This document shows positions 14,152 to 28,579 of a DNA stretch of 64,000 nt, in pieces. The stretch's first letter is position 1; each line of letters begins with the position of its first letter. The notes beneath the pieces were generated by a model, which had not been told where the DNA came from, did not search any database, and was given only the letters and a program-made list of their open reading frames with translations. Position numbers and translations under genes: made by a program. Origin of the DNA: Selaginella moellendorffii (Eukaryota > Plantae > Lycopodiophyta). Where the stretch lies: contig NW_003314356.1 in the NCBI RefSeq assembly GCF_000143415.4, positions 62,001 through 126,000 on the forward strand, given 5' to 3'.

Positions 14152-15055
14152 TGTAAGGAACCAACTCCCTGAGGTGTTGTAGGCTAAAGGATCCCCGAAA
14201 GCATGACCGAAATGACAAAGAGTTTATCAGATGGGACCGAGTCTGAGATCGAGTCCAAGACCGACTCTGAGACCGAGTTCGAGATAGAGTCCGGGATCAA
14301 GTCCAAGGCCGACTCGGAGACCGAGTTCGAGATAGAGTCCGGGATCAAGTCCGAGGCCAACTCGGAGACTGAGTTCGAAACAGAGTTTGAGATCCGAGAT
14401 CGAGACCAAGACCGAGTCTGAGGTGGAGTCTGAGGCCGAGTATGAGGTTGAGTCCGAAAGTGGGTTCGAGATCGAGGCTGAGATCGAGTCTGAGACTGAG
14501 TCTGAGATCGAGTCTGAGACCAAGTCTAAAGTCGGGTCCCGGCTCATGTGGAGTGGTGCCCCACTTGAGTACCTTATGGCTCATTGGTCCTTGCCCTTCC
14601 TAGGGGCTTGGGCCTCCCCTTTGAGATAGAAGTTGGGGGGTAGAGGTACCTATACTATGCCGTTAGGCCATGGTGTTTCGCCCCGGTGTCCCGAAGCAAG
14701 TGTTGCACCCAAGGCTTGGGATTTAGAGGGTCCCATGATCAAGTCTTGTTGTACCAAGGGATGTTAGGAACTTAGAGGCTTGGTGTGCTTGGCTGCTTGT
14801 GCCTACGGGGAGTGTAGCCAAACCTTAAGTCCAGTCTAACCTGGGGAGGGGGATTGGGAGAGATTTGGGAATCCATGGATGGATGGGTAACGCTTCATTG
14901 CTCGTGCAGTGAGTAGCTGAAACCAAGTAGGACCAAGTAGGAGATAGTACAATAGGCGAGAACTTTGGCGAGGGAACTTAGCAAAAACCAAAGCAATGTT
15001 GGTTGGATAGATGAGGTAAGCTGGCAAATTGGAAGGGAAAAATTTGTGGCTTACA
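14152..15055 (+). repeat. 5' LTR of family B copy 1 (904 bp) with GAGTCC/GAGACC/GAGATC hexamer array
   Basis: Aligns with 51890-53024; followed by the PBS at 15059. Confidence 0.88.
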
Positions 15056-15324
15056 ATTTGGTATTAGAGCCTTTTCCTCAGTTCTAGCAAAGGATAAAGG
15101 CGGATTGCTGGGAGATAGCAAAGGCAGGGCGTAAACAAACCAAGGCGGAGACAGAACCTCCGCCAAAGCTAGAGCCTTTGATCGAACAAGAGGCTATGCA
15201 TGAGGAATTCTTTCATGATGAGGACTCCAATGAGGAAACTTCCAAACAACAGTTCGGTGGCGAGGTTCGGTCGTCCAAAACTTGATTGGACATTCTAAAA
15301 GGACAATTGGCATAGACCAATGCC

Positions 15325-16590
15325 TTGCTAAAGACTCTCGTACGCAAGCTAAAGCGTGACAAGAAGCAGAAGAAAAGGCAAAAGACTATAGATGCTGGCA
15401 GTGCAAAAGGTGCAAACCCTTCGGCAAGGACTGAGGCAAAACCAAACAAGGTCGAACAGACCGAAGTAGAATCAGTCCCTCAAACAGTTCCCAAGTACAA
15501 ACCAAAGCCCTCACCAGTCTTCAAAGGAGTGAACAACTATAAGGTGGTGGAGGATTGGTTTTACGATATGGAGGACTATTTCCAAGCGTTGTTGTTACCG
15601 AGCTCGGAAAAGGTCCCATGTGCAAAACCATACTTGGCAGATAATACTAAGTCTTGGTGGAGAACGACAAAGGCCAACGAAGGACCGGTGGCCACTTGGG
15701 AAATGATGAAGGCGAGGATCCGTGCGACTTATGTTCCTCCGAATGCTACTCTACATCTAAGGGACGAGCTGAGTAGGCTGAAGCAGATCGGGACCATTCA
15801 AGAGTATGTGAATGGGTTTATGGCAAAGAGGATATTTGTCATGGACATAGGGGATATGGATTCGTTCCATGCCTTCATATCAGGCTTGCAAACTTGGGCT
15901 CGCGGTGAAGTGATGCGTTGGAACTCGACCAACTATAAGGAAGTATTGGATGCAGCCATCAAGGTGCATTTCAATGATAACCTGCAAAAGGGGAACACGA
16001 TGGGGTTGGGGTCCACATTTAGCAAATGGGCTAAACCAAGGGGAACATATAGCAAAGGTAAATTTAAGAAGAGTTTTTCTAAAAATGAGTCCTTGGGGTT
16101 CCGGAAAGGCAAATCCGGTGGCCAGCGAGCAAGTACGTGGGGGAGTCAAGCAAAAAGAGACAAACCCAAGGATAAAAAAGTCAAGTCAGTTAGCAGCGTG
16201 GGAAACAATGTATGCTACAACTGTGGTGAAGCGGGACACTTTTCGAGGGAATGTCCTTACTCGAAGAAGGCCAGAGCCAATAAAGCCATTAAGTCGGGTG
16301 AAATCCAAACTGAGGTATTTGATCCAGTCCCTAGCTCAAAGTTACTCATTACACGAGCAACTTTGGTAAAGAGTCGTTTGCAACATCTACTAGCCCTTCG
16401 AGGGAAGTTCAGAGGTAGCTTTGTTAAGATCCTTATTGACACGGGTGCTTCGGATAGTTTTGTGGCTGCAGACATAGTCCAGCAAGCTGGACTAACAATG
16501 CAACGGCTGGGCAAACCAAGGACTATAGAGTTTGTTCAAAATAGCCAAAGCACTGATGAGGTATTTCGACAAGTGAAAGTCGAAGTATGA
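15325..16590 (+). pseudogene. Gag + aspartic protease of family B
   Basis: 421-aa ORF with gag core, CYNCGEAGHFSREC knuckle and ILIDTGAS; upstream part broken by stops. Confidence 0.9.
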
Positions 16591-17002
16591 ACATGGAAAG
16601 TAGACATGGACTTCACCATGTTAGACATGGCGGGATTTGACGTGATCTTCGGGATGGATTGGTTCAATCGGACAAGGTAGAAACCTTGTGGTACTAGTGA
16701 ATGCCCAAGGAAGAAGATCCAGGGTGGAGGCCCAAGATCTAAACATAGGGCAATGCAAGGCCAAAGATTCCTGCCTAAACCTGGTGTCCAGGAGAGGACA
16801 ACTCACTAAAGAAACCAAGGCAGCATTTTTGTGCTTACTCTCGGCGAAGAATGACAAAAAGGTGGGAATGAAAGAAGTACCTTTAGTGATCCAATGGGTG
16901 TTGGACCAATTCTAGGATACCATGCCGGAGGAGCTACTGGCAGGGTTGCCCCCAACTTGACTGATAGAACATAAGATTGAGCTGGTCAAGGGTGCTGAGG
17001 AG

Positions 17003-18682
17003 GTGGTTCGTCCCCCCTATCGTTTGAACAAAAAAGAGATCGAGGAGCTCAAGTGCCAACTAGAGGAGTTGGTGGACAGAGGGTATGTTAGGTTGAGGAA
17101 GTTGCTGTATGGGGCACCGGTGTTATTTTTGAAAAAGAAAGATGGATCTATGCGCATGTGCATAGACTACCGGTTGCTCAACAAATATACAAAGAAGAAC
17201 AAGTACCCTTTGCCAAGGATTGAGGATTTGTTCGATATGTTGGGAAAAACAAAATACTTCTTGAGGATTGACCTAAGGTCAGGATACTACCACATCAGGG
17301 TAGCAGAGGAAGATGTCGAGAAGACAACCTGTCGAACAAGGTATGGGAGCTTTGAGTTTCTGGTGATGCCCTTTGGGCTATATAACGCGTCGGCAATGTT
17401 TTTGGCATTGATGAACCACATCTTTGTACCCTATCTAGATCACTTTGTGGTCGTCCATATTGACGACATCCTGATCTATAGCGAAACACTAGAGGAGCAT
17501 GCCAAACACTTGAGGACGGTGTTTGAGAAACTAAGGGAACACCAGCTATATGCTAAAAAGAGCAAATGTGACTTTGCTCAAGAAGAGGTAAAGTTTCTCG
17601 GGCATGTGGTGGGCAAGGATGGGCTCAAGGTGAACCCTAAGAAGGTCCAAGCAATCCAGGATTGAGAGCGACTATCAAATGTACACGAGTTAAGGGCATT
17701 CTTGGGGCTATACAACTACTACCGAAAGTTTATCAGACACTATTCGAAAGTAGCCCTGCCCTTAACGGACCAAACAGGAAAAGAGAAGGTATGGACAGCG
17801 AAATGCAAGGCGGTATTTGTCCACCTCAAAGGGAAGTTGAGGAAGGCTCTTGTGTTGGCGTTACCAGACTTTGGTAAAGACTCTAAGGTAGAAACGGATG
17901 CTTCAGACTTTGCGTTGGGTGCAGTTTTGAAGCAAGACAACCATCCAGTAGCGTTCTTCTCGAAGAAGTTAGACAAGGCTCAACGAAAGTGGCCTGCCCA
18001 CGAGAAGGAATTATTTGCGGTGGTTAAGGCACTCAAGGAGTGGCAACACTACCTTGGGAGACACCTCAAGGTTTACACGAACAATGTGGCAACGAAACAC
18101 TTCTTGTCACAGCCCGACCTGAGAGGGAAATAAGGTCGGTGGGCTAATGCTTTGGCCGAGTTTGATTGTGAGATTCTGTACAAGCCTGGGAAGAGCAACA
18201 TTGTGGCAGATGCATTAAGTCGAAAAGTGAACTTGAAGTTGGCGATATCCAACGTGACAGCAACCTTTTGGGATGATGTGTGGACAGCATATGAGAACGA
18301 TGGTCTAGCATAAGAAGTGTTGCTGAGGAATCTGGAGGCACGGGAAGCTCACCAGAGAGGTGAGCTGCTAACAGAAGAGAAAATGGGCTATGCAGAATGC
18401 AATGGACTCATCTATTACAAATAAACGAGAGTGTATGTTCCAGAAGGGGAACTAAGGAAGGTAGCCTTAGAAGAGTGTTATGACGGACCTCTTGCGGGAC
18501 ACGGTGGAGTGCCCAAGACGATGGGCTTACTCAAGAGGAAGTACCACTGGCCAAATATGGCTAAGGACATCCAAGACTATGTAAAGACATGCCCAACATG
18601 TCAGCAGGTCAAAGCTGTGACTAAGGCTAGTGGGGGCTTATTACAAAGCATCCCAATTCCAGATTCCAAATTTTTAACCTGA
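17003..18682 (+). pseudogene. RT / RNase H / integrase N-terminus of family B (stops and frameshifts)
   Basis: ORFs 17003-17665, 17702-18133 and 18431-18682 with RT, RH and integrase Zn-finger motifs. Confidence 0.9.
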
Positions 18683-21364
18683 ATTTCTTTTCATGAGAAC
18701 TTCATTTAGACCAATTTTTTTAATATTTTAAATTCTTAGTTGTATAAAATTTCTTCCATGTTTTTCCTTCTCAAGTATTTTGTCTCTTCATCATTTAAAT
18801 TCCATAGTAGTTATCTTTTATATTATAAGGTACAAAATGTCTTACACACTGTTGATTTATTGGTAAAGTATGTTCTATAGTATTGGTGTATTAATACTTT
18901 TTATTTTATAAAACAGGTAAACAAAATATTTTTAAAACTATTATTTTTTATATTTCCCTGTGGAGTTGTATTTTTCCCATAAATGTGACATATAATTTTG
19001 CTCTATTTAGAAACCATTAACTTTTATTCTTTTAAATACTTAATTTACCATTTTGAACTAACAAGATATTTTCCTTATGTTCTGATAGGGATTGAGATAA
19101 TACATATACAGAAAAAGAGCAAGATCAAAAGACTTATGTAAACCATATGGTTTAACTATAGAAAATAAATCATTGTGTAAATATTGAGGCAAAAGATAAA
19201 ACTCATATAAAGCTGCTGATAAGTAAGGTTATGAGCAAGAAGACTAATTCAAAACATAAAAGATAGCTAATTTTTTATATATTATTAAGAAATGGATTTG
19301 ATATTTGATTGTGTATGAGATATCTTATACCATATTAGATACCGTGTCATATATGAGACATGAATTCATATTTTTATCATGAAGCTTTAATACAGATTTG
19401 TCTTAATACAAATATTATATCTCTAATGTAATTATTATATTTGGATGAAGATAAAAGAGAATATTATTTTGATTTAGAATCTAGAATATAAACCATTCTC
19501 CACTGTTGGCTTATGAAGTTTAATATAAATGTGGTAGCAAGCTAGATAGATTTATTTATGTATGTTTTAAAATGTAAAACTAGACATATAATAGAAATTC
19601 TATTATTCTTTCTTAAACTATGAATGTTAGAGGCATCATTATAGTTCAGATAAAAAGAATTTAACTCAGTATGCAACTAAAATTATAGTTTCTCCAAACT
19701 AAGCTATTATTTTTTGGTAGTGTATGATTCTTTGGTTTTGTGAAAACTCAATTGCTTTTCAAGCATGTGCACCTTTTTATAAAGGCAATAAGACATCAAA
19801 TTCAAATTTAATGATGATAAAAAATGATCTTATCTTCCCCAACACTTGCATTATTATCTATTTCCACTATTGTGCATTTCTCTAGAGATGAATAGTAGAA
19901 AATTTTAGATAAATCTAGCTTCATATACAATCAAAATTTCTAAAATTGTAAAATTAGAAAAAGAAAATTTATTTATCTTGGATATGCTATATCTCCTAGA
20001 GATAAAATATATCAAGCTCTAAAATCAAGCTTTGGATATGAAAGCTTCTCTAGCAAGAGTCTCAGAATATAATTGAAAGGAGGAATAATGCATGTTAATT
20101 GTCATTTCTATTGTCACTTGAATATTCACAACAACAAAACTATAACTTGAAATTTTGTACTATGAAGGCCAAGTGTATGGTTACAATGCTGTATACTAAT
20201 ATTAGCGTAGTGGGATTTTGGTAGCCATCAGATTGGTTTCAATCCAAACCACTCGTTCCTATATGTAAGTTAGGGTTTTTGGGCTAATGGATATGCATAT
20301 TTTTATATTCCCTTTCCATATTCCATGCACTCACTTTGGTGGAGATGAGGGGCACCTTTGATTGTCCCTAGGGAGTGCTTGGATTTGGGATTTTGGTTTA
20401 GATCTAGCTTTTGCATCGTCTAAATCTAGCTTTTTCCATTTCCTTTCTTTTGTTCTTTCCTTTCAGGATTTCGGTTTAGATCTAGCTTTTTGCATTGTCT
20501 AGATCTACCATTTCCTTCCAGTTTTTTGTCATTTCTCTTCTTTTGCTCTTTCTTTTTTGTTCATCTTCATGGCAGATCAGCAATCTCCTCCTTTGACTTC
20601 AGAGTAGTAGTTGGTTCAATTGCTTGATGCTATGTGCTTGCAATTGACCAACCAAACTCAATTGATGGCGGCATTCACAGCACGTGGTCCAACTTCTCCT
20701 GCTCTTGGTGCCAATCCTCATGTTTGGCTGGAGTTCTTTCGTGGGAATCTTGGGGATGATGTGTACCATTGGTTCGATTACTTCACGGTGATTGCCACAT
20801 ATCATTCTTGGGATGATGCTCGACGTTTGCGTGAGTTCCCCACATGTCTCCAAGGGACGACGTTGTAGTGGTACAATGGATTGAGCGTAGCCACTTATGG
20901 GGATTGGAGTGTTCTTCCGGACGTCTTCAAATGCGCGTTCGGACATGCTGACGATTGTGATGATGCCTTCCAACAATTGCATCATCTTCGCCAAGGGCCA
21001 TTTGAGTCGGTGATGCAATTTGGCATTCGTTTCCGAAGTCTTCTGCTTCGTGTGGAGCCCAATATGTCAGAGCGGATCAAGCTAGGAATGTTGTGGCCAG
21101 CACTTCATCAAGATCTTGTCGGACTTGTGCATGCACTTGCTCCTACCACCCTTGACGATGCTCTTCGCTTGGCACAACGTTATAAGACGTCGCCTCTTCC
21201 ACTTCTCGTGCACGTCCTTCAGCTCCACTTTCTATGAGTGATGGTCCTATTCCAATGGAGGTTGATGCTGCTGCTACTCGAGTCCAAGGACAAGGGCAAG
21301 GACGTGGTTGTGGCCATGATGTTTGTTGCTAGGTGTGTGATGAAGTTGGTCATACTTATTAGCG

Positions 21365-23170
21365 TTGTCGGTGCTTTCCAGATTGGCGACCTCCATTTCC
21401 TGGGTGGAGACCTTGGCGTTAGCAATGTCCTGTTGGTGCTACTGTGGTGGAAGGTTTGGACACCGAGGTGCATTCGGGAAACAAGGAGTCGCACGAGTAA
21501 CGGAGGGACCTTGCGCGAATAAGTTAGTGACCCCTCCATCTTTCTTTCGGGAGTATCATCAAGGGGTTCACTCAGCACCGGTTCATCCAGTGTTTACTTT
21601 CCAAGCTCATTTCTATAACAAGAGGTCTCCTATTATTCTCTTCGTGTTGGTTGATACAGGTTTGAGTTTATCTTCTATTGCTCGACCTGTTGCCACACGT
21701 TGTCGTCTACATTTGCATCATGCGGCGGATCCAGTTTTCATTCTTTATGGCAACGGCCGTACACATGCATGTGCACGAGATGAGGCAGACCTGGTTGTGC
21801 GTGTGGGCGATCTCGAGCTTGAGTTGCAGTCATTGCGGGTGGTGCCGAGTCAAGCTTTTGACCTCATTCTTGGTATGGATTGGTTGCAGTGCAATCATGC
21901 CAAGTGTGACTTTGAGGCTTCTCCCCCTTGTCTCATACTTCTTTATATTTCATCCATTCCTTTCACTTCCATACCTCTTCGTCCCTCTACTTCTACCTCT
22001 ACTTCCATTACTTTTGTTCCTCCTCTATTTCCTCCTATGTTTTTATCTTGTTCTACTCTTCCCTTTTCCAATCCTTCCAATGATCTTTGTGTTGCAGCTA
22101 TTGACCGGCTCATGAAGGAGTATTCTGATCTCTTTGAATTTGACCTATCATCTGGGGCCAAGATTGTCACATGTCATCCGATTCCAACCGGGGATGCTCA
22201 TCCAATCAAGATTCTTGTTCGTCATCAGTCACCCAAGGAGATCAAGATTTTATGTGCAAGCGTCAAGGAGATGTTGGAGAAGGGTGTTATTCAGAAGTCG
22301 CGGAGTCCTTGGGCATGTGAACCTCATCTTGTGACAAAGCCTGATAGGAGTATTCGTTTCTGCATTGACTATCGTCCATTAAATGAAGTGACAATCCTGG
22401 ATGTGTACCCTCTTCCTCACACTGCTAATCTCTTGGATTGTCTGGGGCGAAATCGTTGGTTCACCAAGCTAGATTTTGCTTCTGGGTACTGGCAAGTACC
22501 GATAGTTGAAGAAGATATTCCTAAGACTGCTTTTCGTACACCGTTTGGTTTGTACGAGTTTTTGGTGATGCTGTTTGGTTTGAACAATGCTCCAGCAATT
22601 TTCCAGCGGATGATGGACGAGGTTCTTTGTGATATGCCAGAGGTCACTACTGACTTTATTGATGATGTCTTGATTCACTCGGAGGGGATGTGGGAGGAGC
22701 ATATTCGTGATGTGTGTAAAGTGTTGGATCGGCTACGGGATGTTGGTTTAAAGCTGAAGCGGTTGAAGTGTGTGTTTGGGTCCAAGGATACAACTTATCT
22801 TGGGTACCGTATTTCTCGTGAGGGTTTGCAAGTTGATCCTAACAAACTTGTAGCCATTCTAAAGTTCCCTACTCCAAAGTGTGTGAATGATGTGCAGCGC
22901 TTCCTGGGCAATGTTTGGTATCTCGGTCGTTTTGTGGATCATCTTTCTGATCGCACTGCACCATTGCGAGCATTGCTGAAGTCATCAACGTCATCTTTCA
23001 TCTGGTCTTTAGATTGTGAGCGAGCATTTGTGGATCTCAAAGAGCTATTGACGACTCCTCCGGTTTTGGCATATCTTGACTATACTCAACCTTTTATTTT
23101 GCACATAGATGCTTCTAATATTGGTCTTAGAGGTGTATTAATGCAAGAAAGCCCCAGTGTGCTTGGTTAG
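21365..23170 (+). pseudogene. Protease-RT-RNase H of family A copy 1
   Basis: VLVDTG, LDFASGYWQ, FIDDVLIHS and HIDAS motifs. Confidence 0.92.
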
Positions 23171-23326
23171 TGTCATCCCATTACATATATAAGCCATACG
23201 TTACAACCAGTAGAGGTGAACTACTCCACGACAGAGAAGGAGTGTTTAGCGGCAGTTTGGGGTTTCGAGAAACTTCATGCATATCTACATAGTTCTCGGA
23301 CGTTACTTGAAGGTGACCATGTTGCC

Positions 23327-23731
23327 TGTCAAGACCCCCAACAAGATCAAGACTGGAAAATGCTAAAGACAAAGAGAAAAAGCTAGTGAAAACAAAGAAG
23401 AGGCCTTAGACTGGTGTTGATTCAGATTGTGGAGAAATGGAACAAGGCTAACCTATATATACTATAGGTTGATGAAGCTCCACCACTCTTGGATCGAGGA
23501 CGGCCTAAATATAGCTGAGGTCGAGGAGGCGCCACATCAATATCAGGAATGTGGCTCGAGACTCAGGAATCGGGAAGTGTCTTGAGAGTCAGGAATAGGG
23601 AAGTGTCTCGAGAGTCAGGAATGTCTTGAGAGTCAGGAATAGGGAAGTGTCTCGAGAGTCAGGAATGTGGTCTGCAGGTCAGAAATCCGGTGAGAGTCAG
23701 GAATATGGCAAGAATTGGGGGATTCCTGACA
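23327..23731 (-). repeat. 3' LTR of chromovirus
   Basis: TGTCA...TGACA; internal GAGAGTCAGGAAT repeats. Confidence 0.97.
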
Positions 23732-23742
23732 ACACCCCCTCC

Positions 23743-26700
23743 TCAAGAACGAGTGGAACGAGAATGTGAATGAGAACGACGAGGAGGATGAGATGAGCGG
23801 CGAGGGATGGGAGATGGAGAAAAAGAATGAGGACTGGGACGACTAGGATAGCGGCGGTGGAAGTCCTGAACAAGGTCAGGAGAATGAATCAGGTTGTCCG
23901 CAGGTTCCCAAGTGCGTTCTTCAGGCCCATAACCCTTCCAGTCAACCAGATAGTAGAGTTTAGACCGTGAAATCTTGGAATCAAGGATGTCCTGAACCTC
24001 GTACTCAGACCCATCCTCGAGCTGCACTGGTGGAGGTGGAGGAATGACCCGATTGGGAATAGGACTGGGAATATAAGGCTCAAGGAGAGAGGAATGAAAA
24101 ACAGGGTGAATTTGATATGAGGAGGGAAGTGCAAGGCGATAAGTGACAAGATTAATGATGGCAGTGATAGGGAAAGGACCGAGGCGTTTGAAATCAAGTT
24201 TTGGACAGGGCCTGGTGGTGGAGATATTTCGCCTGAGGAGCCAAACTTTATCCCCAATATTGTAAGGGGGACAATCCTGACGATGGACATTGGCAAATGT
24301 TTTGTGAGATTCCTGAGCACGATGGAGGTAGAAGGAGATGGAGTTGTGGATTTTTTGGAGGTTGGAGACAAATGCCTCAGAGCGGGGATTTGAATGAGAG
24401 GATTTGGATGGAGAAGGAAGTGAGAGATTGAATCGGGGATTTCGGCCAGAGTTTGCAAAGAATGGGGAAATTTGAAGAGAGGAGTGAATAGAGTTGTTAT
24501 AGGAGAACTCAGCAAGGGGAAGGATATCGAACCAATTATCCTGATGATAGTTGATGAAACACCTCAAGAATTGTTCCAACGTCTGAATTGTTCGCTCAGA
24601 CTGCCCATCAGTTTGAGGATGATACGCCGAAGAGAGGTTGGCCTTCACTCCAAGCAGCTGCAAAAACCGTTGCCAGAAATGAGAGATGAACTGAGGCCCC
24701 CGATCCGAAACCACATCTGTAGGAATCCCATGAAGTCGGAAAATTTCCCTGAATACCAGTTTTGCCATGTCCTCGCCCGAAAACTCCTTGGTACATGGCA
24801 AGAAGTGTGCCATCTTTGTGAAGCGATCCACCACGACTAAAATGCTGTTGAAGCCTCCAGAACTCGGAAGATCACTCAAGAAATCCATGGAGATGGATTC
24901 CCAAGGACCTGAAGGGACCGGAAGGGAACGAAGCAAACCTGAAGGAAGGTGGTGAGGTACCTTATTTCAGGTGCAAGTGTCACAGGAGGTAACAAAAGCT
25001 TTGATGTAGTCGTCCATGTGAGGCCACCAAAAGTCCCGTGTAACTAGCTCATAGGTTTTCGCAATGCCGAAGTGACCAGCAGTCGGGCTATCGTGGCACG
25101 CCATTAGGACCAACCTTCGAGCATCACCTTCAGGAACGTAAAGCTGCTCCCCACGGTATAATAAGCCATCTAAGAACTCGAACTCGTCAAATCGCCGGCA
25201 GTCGGGAGTCACAGGGTGTCCAGCCTGAAGATGGGGGAAAATGTCGCTGACGAGATCATCGGATTGAAGATCATTTCTGATGGCATCCATCAAGGAGGAG
25301 TCCTGAGGGGCCAGGGAAATTGCCATAACTTGAAGCCGATCAAGACCGAGGATAATTTGATCCTGTTGATCGAAGGCAGGATTACCAAGCCTGAGACTGA
25401 GATAGGAGCGCCTTGAAAGAGCATCAGGAAGGCCTTGAAGCTTTCCAAGTCTGTACTTGATAACAAAGTCAAACCGACTCAGGAATTGTGCCCACCTTGC
25501 TTGACGACGGCTTAAAACTCGAGAAGTGGCAAAGTACTCGAGATTTTTGTGATCCGTCCAGACTGTTGTTTGATGGCTCGCCCCTTCCAAGAAATGGCGC
25601 CACTCTCCAAAGGAATCCACGATGGCAAGGAGCTCGTTGTCGTGGATTTCGTAATTGATCTCCGTAGGCTGGAATTTCCGAGAATGGAAAGCGACCGGAT
25701 GAAGTTCTTGATCCGCTCCAAGTTGAGACAGCACAGCACCGATGGCAAAGTCGGAGGCGTCAGCCTCGATGAAGAAAGGTTGTGAGGAATCAGCATGGAT
25801 CAAAATGGGAGCAGAACTAAAGGCTGCCTTGAGAGTGTCGAAGGCGTGCTGGGCAGCAGTAGACCAAGAGAAGGGAACATCCTTGCGAGTGAGATGCGTG
25901 AGAGGAAGAACAATGTCAGAGTAGTGATCAATGAATTTGCGGTAGAAGTTGGTGAAGCCAAGGAAAACCTGAACGTCCGACATTGATTGTGGAGGCTCCC
26001 ACTCGAGAATAGTCTTGACTTTGGCAGGATCCATCGTGATACCCTCAGGAGTGACAATGTACCCAAGGAACTCCACAGACTGCTGATCGAAGGAACATTT
26101 CTCAAGCTTCGCGTATAGGCCGTGTTCTCGCAGCTTCGCCAGCACCTTGCGTACATGTTCGTCGTGCTCCTCCTGAGTTCTTGAGTAGATGAGGATGTCA
26201 TCGAGGTAGACGATCACCATCTGATCAAGAAACTCCCGAAAGACGTCGTTCGCCATGTGTTGGAAAACTGCTGGAGCATTTGTCAAGCCAAATGGCATGA
26301 CAGTGTACTCGAAGTGGCCATAGCGGGTTCGGAACGCAGTCTTCCATTCATCACCAGGCCGGATCCGGATCAGGTTGTATGCGCCACGGAGGTCAATCTT
26401 GGTGAAGAAGCGGGCACCGCTGAGGGGCAGCGGATAACGGTTCCGAATAGTCACCTTGTTCAAACCTCGGTAATCGATGACTAGCCACAAACTCCCATCC
26501 TTCTTCTTGACAAAGAAAACAAGCGCTCCCACCGGGGACTGCGAATGCTGAATGAACCCTAAGGCAAGGTTCTCATCCACGTACTCTTTGAGGGCCTTAA
26601 GCTCGGACGGGGATAACCCATAGATAGGCCCCCATGGAGGCGACGCTCCTTCCTATAAATCAATGGGACAGTCATAAGGCCGATGAGTAGGCAGTACACT

Positions 26701-27446
26701 AGCTTTTTTCTTGTCAAACACATCCCCAAAATCATGATACTTCTCAGGAAGACTGACAGGAAAAACATGCATAGCAAAAAGGAAAATAGGTTCTTCATGA
26801 AGGAGTTCTTGCATAGTGATTGTGGAGATAGGAGGAGGTGTATGACTAAATGGAATGATGAGACGAGGATACTGTCAAGTGTAAGATGGAAGAGAGGAAA
26901 AAGAAGAGGGTGAAAACTTCGTAGAGTCAGGAACAAAACCCCGATTTGAGTTTAGGGAACTTTTCCTGATTCGGACTCGATGAACAGCAGGGGAAGCCGT
27001 GGGAGATGGTGATGTGGGAGAGATGAGCTGTAAGTCCTTCCAACAAATCTGAGGCTGATGTAGTTGGAACCAAGGAAGACCGAGCACCACAGAGGACTTG
27101 TTGTTGATGATGTTGAAGGCGATATCGGTGACGGTGGACCCAATGTGTACTAGAACGGGCAACGTTTCCCTAAGTCCAGAAGATGGAGACACAAAATGAC
27201 CGCCGATGCCTTCAACCCTCAGATCCCGTATGGTAGGAGAAAGAGGAACGTGAGTTCGGGCAGCAAAGTCCGTGTCCATGAAGTAGGAAGTTGCACCCGA
27301 GTCCAGTAGCGCCAAAGCCTTGAGTCCTGATTGTCCGGTGAAAGAAAGGAGACATGGGACGCAGAAGTTGCGGGAATTGGTGGTGGCTTTGATGAAAGGT
27401 GGTGAGGAGCTTGATAAGGAAGAAAAGTGATTTTTATTCAGGGAGT
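23743..27446 (-). pseudogene. Chromovirus pol: protease, RT, RNase H, integrase, chromodomain (a few stops/frameshifts)
   Basis: LLDSGAT (26875-27315); YLDDILIYS and EADASD (24967-26580); integrase core plus YEVQDILDSK...YLVDWKGYGPEERTWEP chromodomain (23743-24936). Confidence 0.95.
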
Positions 27447-27470
27447 AAGCTCTATTTCGTTAAAGTGGGA
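27447..27470 (+). repeat. Left TIR
   Basis: Exact reverse complement of 40669-40692. Confidence 0.97.
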
Positions 27471-28579
27471 TTTATTCAGTAAAATGGGACTAGGTACAAA
27501 TTTTCAAGTATTTGAAAATGACGTGAAATTATATGTTTTTTGTCCAGGGGCTAGACATATCTGGGGCATGGTGACTAGCGCGGTGACCTTATGTCCAGAC
27601 TGAGTCCATCTAGTTGTATAATAAATCTCATTGTCAAGGTGAACAAGCCGAATCTGAAGCTAAAGAAGAGCGATGGCATGCGCGCACACACTATTTGTTT
27701 GTTCATTGAGCGTGTGGTGAGCTTTCCAAGATGAACATCATTCCTATTAGCCAGACATATAACTTAATGGTGAGAACATTTAGATATTATTCAATGTTAT
27801 CTTTTTCTAACGAATCTAATTGTGAAGGTGTAGCAAGAGGCATTGCTAGTCTGGAGAAGTCATTTAACTCATTTGACCCTTAGTGTATTTTCATGAAACT
27901 AAATAACATTCATATTATTAAGGAATTTCTCTAGTACCTTTTTTTTACGACATAGAGGCTTGCATTTCTTTCAAAGGTGATTTAGTAAAAGGCCTGAGGG
28001 CACATGCCATTCTATTTCTCAGACCGGTATTAAGATATACTAGTGCAAAGGGAAAAAGGTATTTGGTGATCAAGTAAATGGCATGAGGGCACACGCCATT
28101 ATAAGCCTAAGCGCTAGTGGACACCTCCTTTTTGGTACTCTCAGCGGTACTATCATCCTTCTCCGGGTCAGTTGTTTTGCTTTGGATTGTTGTCTCTGAC
28201 GTTATTGGGGCGTTCTCGATAGTTGTTAATGTTGCCGTTTGTTCAGAAAAATGATCACCTGGAGTATAGTACGGGGAGTTTGGAAGACTTATATATTCTA
28301 CATCTTCACCTATCTCCTTCTCCGTCTCCTTTTCTGCCTCACTTACAGATTTTGTGCTTGCCATGAGAACGCTCTTCACCCTAAAATATGGAGTTCGTTG
28401 TGTTATAAAAGGAAACCAACACACACGCTGCAAGGGAATGATGGTACATAAAGCACGTAAGCCCACAATATGGGTTTATGTGCCATTAATATGGGCCACA
28501 CGCCATATTATTAGATTTATGCACGTGTGATTGGTAAATGCATATGTCACATCATCTTTGTTTTACCTCACACACTATA

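Larger units (their letters stand above)
14152..18682 (+). mobile_element. Ty3/gypsy LTR retrotransposon, family B copy 1 (5' LTR, gag, PR, RT, RNase H, integrase Zn finger; 3' truncated)
   Basis: LTR TGTAAG...CTTACA, PBS TGGTATTAGAGC (tRNA-iMet type), gag with CCHC knuckle, LIDTGAS protease, [15 protein letters not shown] RNase H, GH...CPTC integrase N-terminus; sequence then breaks off into AT-rich DNA. Confidence 0.93.

Noticed and set aside
18683-20160. AT-rich stretch as a decayed LINE reverse transcriptase
   Set aside because: Only one weak motif (MKLDLSKIF on the minus strand near 19900-19925) and no ORF; part instead resembles 43960-44035. Cannot be assigned.
28107-28466. Third gene of the DNA transposon (119-aa ORF, also 59701-60060)
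   Set aside because: Low-complexity with no domain. Its presence in both copies reflects recent duplication, and the three differences downstream of the ATG are all non-synonymous. Not excluded, but unsupported.
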